NCBI GenBank assembly: GCA_051294375.1
Contig: CM119267.1
Location: 13,693,326-13,757,325, forward strand
Reading direction: 5' to 3'
DNA: 64,000 nt
From: Paraspadella gotoi
Lineage: Eukaryota; Animalia; Chaetognatha
Under the pieces are notes generated by a model. That model had not been told where the DNA came from. It saw only the letters and a program-made list of their open reading frames with translations, and ran no database searches. The position numbers and the translations under genes were made by a program. This document shows positions 51,939-64,000 of this stretch, in pieces (the stretch's first letter is position 1; every line of letters begins with the position of its first letter).

Positions 51939-53144
51939 AGTACTTATTATAATATCCAAATTAGTATATAGAAATGCTTTAATCTAATTTACATATTGCA
52001 GTAAATATTATTGAAGATGAAATTCATAAAAAAATCTTTGAATTAATAAAAAAAACATGTGAAATCAAAAGACCTTTTTAATGAGAAGCTATATCTTAAT
52101 TTTAATACAAATAAAAATAAAATCTTTTACAAGCTATGATTGGAAAAAATTGTAACAATTTCCAATTGTAAACAATTGTAACATTTTTTTGCCTTTCTTT
52201 TATTTCTTTAAATTATATATATATATATTTTTTTTCCTATTTTGGTATTAATAAAAAAAAATCCTATTTTTGAACTTTTCTGAACCGTTTAAAAACGAGT
52301 TCAGTCTCTGCAGTGACTGTACAGCTGCCTTCCAGCGGCTGTTAAGCTTTCTCTGTCTCGATCTGTCTTTCTCTGTCTCTTTCTCTCTCTGTACGATCAT
52401 TTGTTATCATCACATCGATCATTTGGTTATCATCGACATCGCATCAATATTTGGTTATCGCATCAATATTTGGTTATCATTGAAGGGAGGCTCGATCCTA
52501 TTCTTTTAAGATTTTTTTACTAAAATTCTTTACCTGTTACATCAAGGTAAATTGTATAAAACTGGTACAACCAATATTAAAATTATCCATTCATTTAATA
52601 AATAAGCTATCTTGCTTTGGTAGTTTAAGGCCTCGATCACTCTTACAAGAAATAGCAGGTCCCTGCAAAGCTTTCAATCAAGACTCTTACACAGTCTTGT
52701 TTATTCACTCCCTGGCAACTCTATAATTAAAGTGGTATAATATTTCAAAGAATGTTTCAATTGTATGAAAAGACCACTCCCTTAAGTATTAGATCAAGGA
52801 ATACTGTAATGTACTCCGCAATAGCATCAAAATACAAGGAGTTATGAAATTGTTACAACCAATATAAAAATTGTCCATTCATTTAATAAATAAGCTATCT
52901 TGCCCCTGACTTTGGACAGGCTTTGGTGGTTTAAGGCCTCCATCATTACAAGATAATGACAAAGCAGGTCCCTCAAAGCTTTCAATCAAATGTCAGAATC
53001 GGCAAGCAGTTTTTCAGAGACTATTAACTAATAAGAGAAATAGGGGAATCAACTGCGTTCAAACAAGAATGAGCAATTGAGCATCAATACAAAAAAATGA
53101 TGATGAAAAAATATAAGAAAACGCACATGTACGTAAATTAAAAT

Positions 53145-53601
53145 CTACTTTTTTAAATGTCGAGGCACTGATGATCTGGGAAGGCCGCTTCCTGAATTTC
53201 CCAGAGGATCATCTTTGGTGGCACTACTCCGCCGGATGGCTGTTCCGTGTGCATTATACTGGGGAACAGGGGTGGATGGAACAGATGAACCTCCTTGATG
53301 AAGGATAGGAGTGGAATCTTGAGTGATGGAAAGGCCGCGGGGAAGGCGTCCTCCTCCCCCAGCAGAAGGGGGAAGGGCCCCGCGAGTGGTTGACGAATGC
53401 TGGAGATGGCGTCCACCAGAACCTCCAGCATCGTCACCCATACCGGCAATACCGTCCTGAGCACCCGGCACTCCTGGTCCTCGAGTCCCGCGAAATTTTA
53501 ACATATTCCAATCAAACACGTAATCATACGTAAACCCTTGACGATGAAATAAGTTGCGAAATAGCTGACGAAGATATGAATAATCAGGTTTGTCCTCGAA
53601 T
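53145..53601 (-). CDS. CSNK1D: Casein kinase 1 delta/epsilon, last coding exon (end of kinase domain plus Gly/Ser-rich tail)
   Basis: TGCAG|[37 protein letters not shown] is diagnostic of CK1 delta/epsilon (dco), not CK1 alpha. No upstream exon was recognised in 53602-64000, so the intron is probably >10 kb. Delta versus epsilon is not resolvable. Confidence 0.93.
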
Positions 53602-56262
53602 CTGCATTCAAAGAAAAACAAGTTAGAGCAAACAATGTCGGATCTGCCCACGATCATTAGCGGTAATTAATTACTTAAATAATTAACTTGATCAGAAATG
53701 TTTGTTTTTAGGTCTTTTTATCACTAACCACGACAAAAGCAATGACGCTGATGACGACAATAATGCCGATAACGATTGACTTGATTGATTGATTGAAATA
53801 GATAAATAAATTGATTGAATAATGATGATTAAATAATAATTTGATAGATTAATTGACTGATTTATTAATTAATTATTGACTAATTTTTATTAACTGATTA
53901 ATTATTTGATTAATTAATACATCCTGTATTTACATTTAATATAAAAAGAAAAAGAAGAATAATCAATTAGTGAAACAGGTTTTTTGTTTTTTCAATTTAA
54001 ATTCATTTCCACTCAGACAATTCCATCGAAACTTGATTTCCAGCTAAATCACACACTTTCCTACCCACTTACATAATTTTAAGTCAATTGCCACATACAC
54101 TCATGATTAATTTGCGTTCAAATAGTTAAATCATTTTTTTCCCATTTAAACTCATTTCCACTCGGACGATTCCATCGAAACTTTAAATCCAGCTTATTCA
54201 TACACTTCCCTACCCACAAATAAAATTGTATTCCAATCCATCCATTCATTCACGAATAATTTGAATTTTTTTCTAAGGTGGGACGGACAGACAGACAGAC
54301 GGACATAATTTTTTTGCATTATTTATCAACAAATAATAATTGTTTTTCTCTAAATCTTAAAACACAAGGAAATAGAAAGTCTATACACAATGTATTATTT
54401 ATCATAATTCGATGATCTGTCATGATATAATACCCAAAGAAACATCTCCAAACCAGATCTAATAGTAATACTGTAGAGTAAGAAAGAAATGAAAAGGTAA
54501 TTAGAGAAGAACAAGAAAAATAGGGGAGGAGAGACTGATTGAAAAAAAGAGAAAGAAAGAGAGAAATAGACGGAATAAAACGATCTACTTTTTTAAAGCT
54601 ACATAAAAGAGGGAGAAGAGAAGAAGAAGTTTGAGCAAACAATGTCGGATCTGCCGACGATAATTTAGCGGTAAGCAGCTAACCAGATGGGATGTCCGAT
54701 GAATGTGACAAGAAAATTCATAGATAAATAGAGAGAGAGAGAAACATAACTAATCATAACTAGATCATTACATTATAAATCATAACAGATTTCTCAATAA
54801 ATCAATTAAATAATTTTACCAACAGGTTACAAACTAACTGAAGTCCGGTATAAATATTGTTATTATAATTTTTATATAAACATTTTTAACCATAAATTTA
54901 AGCAAATATATATATATTTTTTCAATTACATGAACTAAGTCTTGAGAGAGAGAGAGACTGAGTGCCAAACAAGGAGAGATACACTCAGATATAATAACTG
55001 AGTCATTAAAAAAATGTAATGGATCGTTTGCGTTTGAATTTGTGTTTGAAAGTATATTTTCTCATCTAAACTCGACGATTTCCAAGGCATAAGAAACATT
55101 TCTGGCGTCGCCGCCCCCCCGGGTTCGAGGGTGGTTTCTGTCCCGACGACTTCTCCTTTTCCGCTAGGTCGAGGAGGGGGTCCTTTTAAAAATGTCACAT
55201 AAGAAACTCGTTACGAGAATTTATTGTTCTGTGGATTGTAGTTGGAGCAGAGCCATGTGGGGTAGAGCGAGGGTAACGAGAGCTATCTTTTGGATCGTGC
55301 CTGCTCAGTGCTCACGCAGTTAATACCATCTTGCATTCAGCAAGCAATAGTGTAGCTCCCTGAGTGAAGTAATCAAGTAGGAGTTATTCCTTCGCATTTA
55401 TTTTTTTTATTTAATTTTATTGCGAAGATGGTACAAAAGAATAAATTCGGTTTCCAATGAAACTTTATATCCAGCTCATATATATAATATATATAATTAT
55501 ATATCCAGCCTCAAGCAAATACTTTCCTACCCACACACAAAATTTCATTCCAATCAATCCATCCAATCACGAGTAATTAAAGATTATAGCTAAGGTTCGA
55601 CGGACGGACATCATTTTTTTTTGTGCATAATTTATAATAATAATAATTCGAGGTTCTGATATGATAAAAATCATTTACCAACAAGATTTTGGGGTGGGAC
55701 CGACGTACCGACAAAGTGAATTAAAGAGTTGGATAAGCAGATCCGACTAAATAAATTTAAATTAAGAAAATAACTAAAAATAAAGAGAGAGAGAGAGAGC
55801 GCCTGCCTACAATTATTAATAATTTATTCAATCGTTAAAAAAGTAAGAATAAATTAAAGATATAATTATCTTATCTTGAGTTATTTCTTATCCAAACAAG
55901 ACTTTCTTTACGTCGTTTTGACATAATATTTTCGTCTTTTCTGTAAATCTCATTTTCAAAATAACGAAAAACTTTACGCGTTTTAATTTGTATTGATGAA
56001 TTTTTTCGAGCAACTCGTTTCAAATGGTCACTGACAAAATTTAAATGAAATTGGTACAACCAATATAAAAATTATACATTCATTTAATAAATAAGCTATC
56101 ATGCCCCTGACTTTGGACAGGCTTTGGTGGTTTAAGGCCTCCATCACATAGCAGCTTTCAAGCTTTCAATCAAAACTCCCAGAGTATCTGTAAATGTGAA
56201 TGTAAATGTGAATCGCTACATCATGAAGAAGACTAAGCTTAGAATTTTCAAATGAGAAGGTT

Positions 56263-56304
<42 letters not shown>

Positions 56305-56511
56305 AACTTGCGAGCGAGAACGAGCGGAAGCAATAAAATCACCGTTCCGATCGTAATCGGATCGGGGACGACTACGACCACAGTAACGAAGGAGAAAGCT
56401 GACAGTACAACATAAAATTTAACATTATCGTGAATAAAACATCTAAAACTACATATAGCATTCTTCTTAAGCAAAGTTTGAAAATAAGTTCATCAACGAT
56501 TTTATTTGTGT

Positions 56512-56554
56512 ACGGACATGTTTCGACTCTTTTATTTCGAGCCTTCATCAGCAT
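56512..56554 (-). ncRNA. Minimal type I hammerhead ribozyme
   Basis: ATG-CTGATGA-aGGCTC gaaataaaa GAGTC-GAAACATGTC-CGT. Confidence 0.8.
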
Positions 56555-56588
56555 TAATAAAACATTTACAAATTTGTGCAAAAGAAGG

Positions 56589-56636
<48 letters not shown>

Positions 56637-56691
56637 AAGAAAGAGAGGGCAAAAAGTTTCCAAAACAGAGATAGTGGTTTAAAGAATGAGT

Positions 56692-56946
56692 TGTGGCGGT
56701 ATACTCACACCGCCTCACGTCCACCATCGTTCAGCCAAATCCATTGGCTCAGAGGGGGAACACACCATCCCAGGCGTAGTGTTCCATCCACAGTCCTAAC
56801 GACTTCCCTCTGCGTTGGCAAAGCGAGACCGTCCTAGGGTAACCGCGCCAGTGACTGGAGGCGTCACTGAGGGTCGGAAGCCCCCAAAGCCAACAGTGAG
56901 ATGCCCCATCCCAATGGGCATCACAGGCAACCCGGCTGTTGCCATA
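56692..56946 (+). mobile_element. Solo LTR (255 bp) nested in a Penelope-like copy
   Basis: TGTGGC...GCCATA termini with 4-bp TSD GAGT (56688-56691, 56947-56950). The 3' half is homologous to the TRIM LTRs. Confidence 0.75.
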
Positions 56947-57008
56947 GAGTACAGTTTAAGTTGAGGACAGATCAGTTGTGAAAAGAAGTGAAATGGTCAA
57001 TTGGTGAA

Positions 57009-57039
<31 letters not shown>

Positions 57040-57737
57040 AACAGAGAGAGAAAAAATAATACATTGTGCAATATACAACAAGGAATAAGTTTAAACTAAT
57101 AGTGAATTTAACAATTAATCTAATAATAAATAGGTAGTAATGAAAGGAAAGAAAGTTTTTAAATGTGAAATGATACATTTTGTGAGGGATAGATAAGTGA
57201 CTGTTAAAGTGAAAAATTAAGAGCAGGCCCCCCTTGGTTTATGCAAATGAAAGGCCTTAACGATGTAGCCGGGTCATTGACGCGTCATTGGTTGAGATGA
57301 CAATCTTATTGAGTTCGTTGTCATTGCATTAGGCAGACTTCCTTGCGGGAAAAGACCAAGTGCAACATGTCCGTACACAAATAAAATCGTTGATGAACTT
57401 ATTTTCAAACTTTGCTTAAATCTCTAAACTCAACGAAGCTGAAAGGATTAATACAATAGCATTCTTCTTATAATATATATATTATATGTTTAAAAAATCA
57501 TTCACTTTTTACCTAATATTTTTTCTTTTCTCAATTTTACATCTTTACCTAAGAGAACGGCAGAAGTTTAAATACGTAGCGAATTCGGATGGAAACCCTC
57601 TACATAGTTCTTCTATAGGTGTCGACATTTTTTTTTCGGAAATACGCTCGTATTTTTGTCTGAGTAAACAATTTCATTTTATGTCAACATCGGATTATAT
57701 TAATTAGATATACACTGTATATCTAATATCTATTATA

Positions 57738-59069
57738 CAGGGTAGTTAATCAAAACTTAGAATAGTATTTACCATCAGATTTTAAAGGCAAAAATTTATT
57801 GAATGTCTTTTTATAATACACTAAAATCACTGATGTTTTCTCTTTCTGATATAGGTGTTATTTTCCTCATGCTTTTACAATGCACTGCGCTACTAAAAAG
57901 AGTGCAAAATTGGTTGAATTTGCTCTGCGCCGGTTTTGAGCTTAAAACCACTACTAAATATGTTAATGTTCCCTAGCTGTATGTTATATTCTTAAGAAGG
58001 CAATTAAGAATAGGATTAACTACTATTCCGGGCGCTCAAGCCCGAGTTGATTAGGGCCATTTATAAGGATGCTGCAGATAGCAATTGTAGCATACTCAAA
58101 ACCAACCATACCATGATGGGAAAAAAAAGTGTCGCGGTTTGGAAAAGCCAGTTAATTTTATTGTCAAATATATTTTTTGGCTAATAAATAAGTTTTAATA
58201 GATAATATGACCTCCCTAAGACTGAATAAAATGATTATTTCTCAACAGCATTAAATTATTTAATGCATTCAAATACTTCCAAAAGAGGTGGTCTTTAACT
58301 GTTTTCATTTCTTTTTGATTAAGAGAACTACTCATATTATTATTAAAATTATATCTCTGACATGATATTTTTTATCAGATTTGGGGCAAAAAAGCAGTGA
58401 AAAAAGATTGATCCTTTATAAAGTAAACCAGGCTTGAGTTGTTGCTGCATAAGGTGATAATTCATTATCTTTCACTGTATAAAATATCAAGTAAATCGCT
58501 TAATGCAATCGAACGCAGCATCAGATGAAAGATAAATACTTCTTTATATTTTTGTTACTGGGCAAAAATCCATTGCTGCAGTCTATTATATTGTTCTGAG
58601 ATTCCATTTCTTGACATGAATAAAGAGCCAATACTCTTGGGGTTATTATGCATGGCTGTAACAAAGGGCATTGTTGATTACAGCTGAAAAAAATAAAGAT
58701 TTCAGCTGCAGCAACATTTTCATTTTTGACTAAATGATTTTCCGGCCTGATAATATCCACATCAAATTCCTCTAAACTCTGCTAAGTAGGGCATTTTAAA
58801 GGGGGAGACCCATATGACTTTCAACCAAAATATCAATGGCATAAGGTAAACCGTCTACGAGCTGTGGCTCAATCTTTCAGAAGCGTTTATGAAGAGCAGC
58901 TGTGATTTTTTTAGGTGCTGTGGCAGGAGTAGTTTTTGCAGCAGTGCTTGTCGCATTGCAAGGTCTTGTTTAGTAACTTCAATTAAATTTTTTTCTTTAA
59001 ATGTGATGCGTCACAAAATAAAAAAAGTTGAAGTGATGCGGATTTTCGAAATTTTGAATCACTACCCTG
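57738..59069. mobile_element. 1.33-kb TA-flanked TIR DNA transposon, decayed
   Basis: TA|CAGGGTAGTTAATCAAAA ... TTTTGAATCACTACCCTG|TA (18-bp TIR, 2 mismatches). The interior looks like eroded coding sequence but no transposase motif was recognised. Confidence 0.7.
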
Positions 59070-59269
59070 TAAGTATATAGTAACAAGTTTGAGCAAACAA
59101 TGTCGGATCTGCCTACGATAATTAAGCGGTTATAAGCTAATCCAATGATAAATCACGGTAATTTTTTTTATTTTTAATTTGTGATCATAACAGACTTCTT
59201 AATAAATCTATGGGAAAATCTATAAATCAAATGATCTATCAGTGGCCTTGCCAATACCATAATTTGAAA

Positions 59270-60057
59270 ATTTTGCATAATTTGCTAATTTTAAATAATT
59301 TGGTCAACTTGCATAATTTGGTCAATTTGCATAATTTGATCAACTGGCATAATTTAATCAACTTGCATTATTTGGTCAACTGGCATAATTTGTTCAACTG
59401 ACATAATTTTTTCAACTGGCGTAATTTGATCAATTTGCAAAATTTGATAGACTGGAATAATTTGGACAATTGATTTAATTTGGTCAACTGGCATAATTTG
59501 ATCAATTGGCATAATTTGGTCAACTGGCATAATTTGGTCAACTGGCATAATTCCGTCAACTGGCATAATTTCATCAACTGGCATAATTTGCTCAATTGAT
59601 GTAATTTGGTCAACTGGCTTAATTTGCTCAACTGGCATAATTTGGTCAACTGGTATAATTTGGTAGACTGGCATAATTTGGTCAACTGACATAATTTGGT
59701 CAATTGACTTAATTTGGTTAACTGTCATAATTTGGTCAACTGGCATAATTTTGACAACTTGCTTAAATTGGTCAACTAACATAATTTAGTCAACTAACAT
59801 AATTTGCTCAACTGACATAATTTGCTCAACTGACATAAATTGGTCAAATGGCATAATTTGGTCAACTGGCATAATTTGCTCAATTGGCATAATTTGCTCA
59901 ATTGAGGTAATTTGGTCAATGGCATAATTTGGTCAACTTGCTTAAATTGGTCAACTGACATAATTTGGTCAACTGGCATAATTTTATCACTGGCATAATT
60001 TGGTCAACTTGCAGAATTTGGTCACTTGAATAATTTAGTCAATTTAGTCAACTTGCA
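59270..60057 (+). repeat. 18-bp minisatellite TTTGGTCAACTGGCATAA, roughly 40 units
   Basis: Directly visible tandem array with degenerate edges. Confidence 0.97.
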
Positions 60058-60253
60058 ATAAATCTATCGATCAATCTGACAGAGAAGAGAGAAATTTTTA
60101 AAAATTCAAATAAATGTGTCTTTTAGTTTTCTAATTTGAACTCTTTTCCACTCCTACAATTCCGTGAAAAAGTTATTTTCAGCTTAATTACATACTTTCC
60201 TACCACACATTAAATTTAAATTCAATTTATCTATCAAATTTTTAATAAATATA

Positions 60254-60913
60254 TGGTAATTATCCTTTCTTTTTCGTTGTTTGAGAGATTAACAAAGTTT
60301 GATTTTATTTTCAACGAATTTTATTTTTATAAGAGCAGACATGTTTCGGCTCACAATACGATGGGCACCTGACACCTCCGAATCTCCGCAGCAACCTCAG
60401 CCTCTTTCTCTGAGGTCTGGGCGTCGCCCCAAACGACGGCTACAGGGAAGTGAAGAGGATTCCACCATCCAGTCACTAAAGTGGCAAGAGTGGATACCCG
60501 CCACCTCACCGTCAGGTGAGAAGAGAGCCGCCGGCAGGCGCATCAGGCCAGAGGGATATAAGGGTGGCCTTGGGTTGTTTCCTCAGGGAGCAATACCTGA
60601 CCCAGCCAACACGAGATCAATCCATTATCCTCTCAACCCATGACGCGCCAATGACCCGGCCCCGTCAGCAATACCTCTCCTTCATAAGACCGGGGGGCCC
60701 AGCTCATTTTGAGCTCTTTCTTAATTCTTATATTTCACTACAATCTTTACTTATCTATCTCTCTAAAATCTCAAATTTTCAACTTCTTTCAATTTCAATT
60801 TTCAACTTTTCAATTTCAATTTCAAAAAATTAATTTATTTCAATTGTTATTAAACAGTTTCCATTATCTTTATCTATGTTGTACATTGCTCAAATGTAAT
60901 TATTTATTTATTT

Positions 60914-60951
<38 letters not shown>

Positions 60952-61056
60952 ATTTTCACTTCTTTTCAAAACTTATTCAAACTAGCCACTTCCAAAAATC
61001 TGTCCTCACCAACTGATCACTGTCCTTACTCAAATTCTTTGTTGGAAACCTTTAAC

Positions 61057-61110
<54 letters not shown>

Positions 61111-61242
61111 CTCTCTCTTTACTTAACTAAAAACTTGTATCAAGTTCATAACTCATGTGCGCTGATGAAGGCTCGTATTGTGAGCCGAAACATGTCTGCT
61201 CTTATAAAATAAAATTCGTTGCAAAATTAAAATCAAACTTTG
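60254..61242 (+). mobile_element. 5'-truncated Penelope-like element with inverted tail
   Basis: 11-bp TSD TAATAAATATA (60243-60253, 61243-61253). 60292-60361 is the reverse complement of 61173-61243, plus a tail at 60254-60291. Confidence 0.85.
61159..61199 (+). ncRNA. Minimal type I hammerhead ribozyme
   Basis: GCG-CTGATGA-aGGCTC gtattgt GAGCC-GAAACATGTC-TGC. Confidence 0.82.
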
Positions 61243-62293
61243 TAATAAATATAATAACTATAAGTAAATAAGTAAAAACACTTCAAGTAAATATGATTTT
61301 TTTCCATTTAAACTCATTTCCACTCGCACGATTCCAACAAAAAATTTATATCCAGCTCAATCACACCTTCCAATTACGAGTAATTGCGAGTTTTTTGCTA
61401 AGGTGGGACGGATGGACAGACGGACATCATTTTTTTTTTGCATAATGTATCATAATTCGATGTTCTGACATGATTTAAGTGAATGCCCGACAAGATTGAG
61501 GGGGCGGACCGACGGACCGATAAAGTGGATTATAGAGTCGGGATCTGCTGATAAGCAGATCCGACTAAAAATAAAAAAGAAAAAGCAAACAAATGTCGGA
61601 TCTGCCCACGATAATTTGGCGGTAAGCAGCTAATCAGATGATAAATTATGATAAATCTGGTAATATTTTTATCTCGCCAGACGGTCTTAAGCCTGTCTTT
61701 TTGGTTCGCTTCTGCTTCTTTGTGACCGTAGTCGTCGTCGTCGTCACGCTTCTTTACCATTGTAATTTTTTTTTTCTATATCTTTTAACTATATGTCTCT
61801 CTCTCTTTTTTTCCATCGCTGCTTCTTCTGATTCGTCTTAAAACGAGTTGAGCTCTGCAGCTTTCTCTCTCTCGCTTTTTCGCTCTCTCTCTCTTTCTCT
61901 CTCTCTCACACGCATTTGTTTTATTTGTTATGAATGACTATCATCGCGTCAATGAATGACTATGATTGTTAAAGAGTTTATAATGATTTTTATCTGAATT
62001 GAGCCCTGACCTTTTATTTTTTAATGGCTCAAATATCTGAATTTAAGCTTTAATTGAATGACTCCAATAGTTCTGTTTAAAGCCTCTAATTGGTTGAATT
62101 TTATACATTGAATTTGAATATCTGGTCTCTCATTGGTTAATAATAACTAGTAGATGTTTTGATTTTATTCTCAAAATGTGAACTCTCATCTCATTGGTTG
62201 TTATATATAAATTCTTAATTTTTGGGAGATTCTTCTGAGACCATCAGGTATTAAACGATATTTGTAAAATTATTTGAATATGTTAATTAATTT

Positions 62294-63362
62294 ATATTAA
62301 TCCTTTCTTTTGTTGTTTGTTGAGATTAATTAAAAACGAAAATTTTCGTGGAACAACAATAAAGTTTTTATTAACTTTGGACATGTTTCGGCTCACAACT
62401 CAAGCCTTCATCAGCATCTGAAATCACAAATAATTTATTTCACAAACATTGAGAGAAGAGAGAGAGGGAGAGAGTTCCAACAAAGAATTTAGTAAAGGAA
62501 AGTGGTCAGATGTGAGGACAGGTGAAGATGATGACAGGGATGAAAAGGAGAGTGAATGTGAAATTGGTGAAAAGGGAGAGAGAGAGGGGAGAGAGAGACA
62601 CAGAGAGAGAGAAATAATAGTATACATTAGGCAATGTACAACAAAGAATAATAGTATTATAAACTAGACATAACAAAGATTTAAATAAATTAAATTAGGC
62701 TGTTTGTGCATTTTTGAAATAGTGGAATATTGAAATATTGAAAATGAAATGGAAGGATAGTTTATGAGGGATAGTTAAGATAAAGAGGTAAGAGAAATAA
62801 GTAAAGAAAGAGCTCAAAGTGAGCTCAAAGTGAGCATTCGGCAGGCTTATCAGGTCAGAGAGACATTCGAGTGGCACTGGGCATTTTTCCAGGTGGGTCA
62901 TTACCAGATCCCAGCCTAACTAACTCCACCACAATACTCTCTCAACCTATGACAGGCCTATGAACCGAAATTCATCAGTAATATCCCTCATTTGCCCGGC
63001 TGGGGGGGGGACCAGCTCACTTTGAGCTCTTTCTTTACTTATTTTTCTCTTACCTCTTTATCTAACTATCCCTCATAAACTATCCTTTTCCATTTCATTT
63101 TCAATATTTCAATATTCACCTATTTCAAAAATGCACAAACAGCCTAATTTAATTTATTTAAATCTTTGTTATGTCTAGTTTATAATACTATTTATCTTTG
63201 TTGTACATTGCCTAATGTATACTATTATTTTCTCTCTCTGTGTCTCTCTCTCCCTCTCTCTCTCCTTTTCACCAATTTCACATTCACTCTCCTTTTCATC
63301 CCTGTCCTCATCTTCACCTGTCCTCACATCTGACCACTTTCCTTACTAAATTCTTTGTTGGA

Positions 63363-63415
<53 letters not shown>

Positions 63416-63536
63416 GTTTGTGAAATAAATTATTTGTGATTTCAGATGCTGATGAAGGCTTGAGTTGTGAGCCGAAACATGTCCAAGTTAATAAAAACTT
63501 TATTGTTGTTCCACGAAAATTTTCGTTTTTAATTAA
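62294..63536 (+). mobile_element. Penelope-like element with ~500-bp inverted pseudo-LTR
   Basis: 12-bp TSD GTTAATTAATTT (62282-62293, 63537-63548). 62327-62825 is a near-perfect reverse complement of 63014-63536; tail at 62294-62326. Confidence 0.88.
63447..63485 (+). ncRNA. Minimal type I hammerhead ribozyme (inverted copy at 62378-62416, minus strand)
   Basis: TG-CTGATGA-aGGCTT gagttgt GAGCC-GAAACATGTC-CA; stem I is only ~2 bp. Confidence 0.72.
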
Positions 63537-64000
63537 GTTAATTAATTTTAAGCTTTTATGTAGCTTTGAGCTGTTGCTGCGTCTTGACTATGCTACTGTT
63601 GCTGTATCTCGTCTCTGCTGCTGCTGCATCTTAGCTCTGTTGCTTATCTCTGTCATGCTGATGTACGTTTTTCAATGATTATTGGATACTGAATACTAAA
63701 TAAAGTTATTATTCTATTTATCTTTTGATATATGGATTGAGTTAATATTAAGTCGGGATTAAGCACTGCTCAAACAATGTTTCATTGAAACTGAGAAACC
63801 CCCCAAGGAATCTTCAATGATGAATGATTATCATCGGTTCAATGAATGATTATCATTGTATAAATGATTATCATCGCATCAATCATTTGGTTATCATCAC
63901 ATCAATCATTTGGTTATCATCGCATCAATTTTTTGGTTATCATCTCATCAATCAATCAATTACTATTACATTAATCAATCAATTACTATTGCATCAATCA

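Larger units (their letters stand above)
56470..57455 (-). mobile_element. 5'-truncated Penelope-like element with inverted tail
   Basis: 15-bp TSD ATAGCATTCTTCTTA (56455-56469, 57456-57470). 57364-57419 is an inverted copy of the 3' end, followed by a ~36-nt tail. Hammerhead at 56512-56554. Confidence 0.85.
59081..61572 (-). mobile_element. HINE/DINE-like family 3 element with central 18-bp minisatellite and nested Penelope-like insertion
   Basis: subTIR GTCGGATCTGC at 59102; GTCGGGATCTGC-TGATAA-GCAGATCCGAC at 61537-61565; terminal hairpin GTTTGAGCAAAC; GGAC/GACA microsatellite. Other copies: 53617-54330, 54627-55752, 61590-61650. Confidence 0.75.

Noticed and set aside
58521-58760. Candidate upstream CK1 exon
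   Set aside because: No kinase motifs; lies within the TA-flanked TIR element.
59354-59979. ORFs with (MPVDQI)n / (KLCQLT)n repeats; array superficially CRISPR-like or pentapeptide-like
   Set aside because: Contiguous 18-bp tandem repeat with no unique spacers, no cas genes and a eukaryotic context; several frames are open because the period is a multiple of 3.

Overview
AT-rich, repeat-dense animal (invertebrate-like) nuclear DNA from a long-read gap-filled assembly. There are three 25-N gaps, and several stretches (~625-10000, ~24000-30700, ~32200-35000) carry raw-read-type indel noise. Four spliced genes can be read. (1) A PICALM/AP180 ANTH-domain gene on the minus strand (exons 14141-14076, 13963-13781, 10924-~10712), plus an apparent next exon lying inverted at ~7023-7191. 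(2) A complete SWAP70/DEF6-like EF-PH-coiled-coil gene on the minus strand (4 exons, 37141-16407, 789 aa). (3) A complete 4-exon secreted Cys/Pro/Tyr-repeat protein gene on the plus strand (42998-48833, 497 aa). (4) The last exon of casein kinase 1 delta/epsilon on the minus strand (53601-53145). The rest is mostly mobile DNA: five Penelope-like insertions with TSDs and minimal hammerhead ribozymes, four of them with inverted pseudo-LTR tails; a ~320-bp tandem/dispersed structured repeat with a non-canonical hammerhead-like fold (retrozyme candidate); a miniature LTR element (TRIM) with an empty-site copy and a related solo LTR; three Helentron/DINE-like families, two carrying 18-bp minisatellites; TA-flanked TIR elements; and tRNA-derived SINEs. 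All calls were made by eye; no searches were run.
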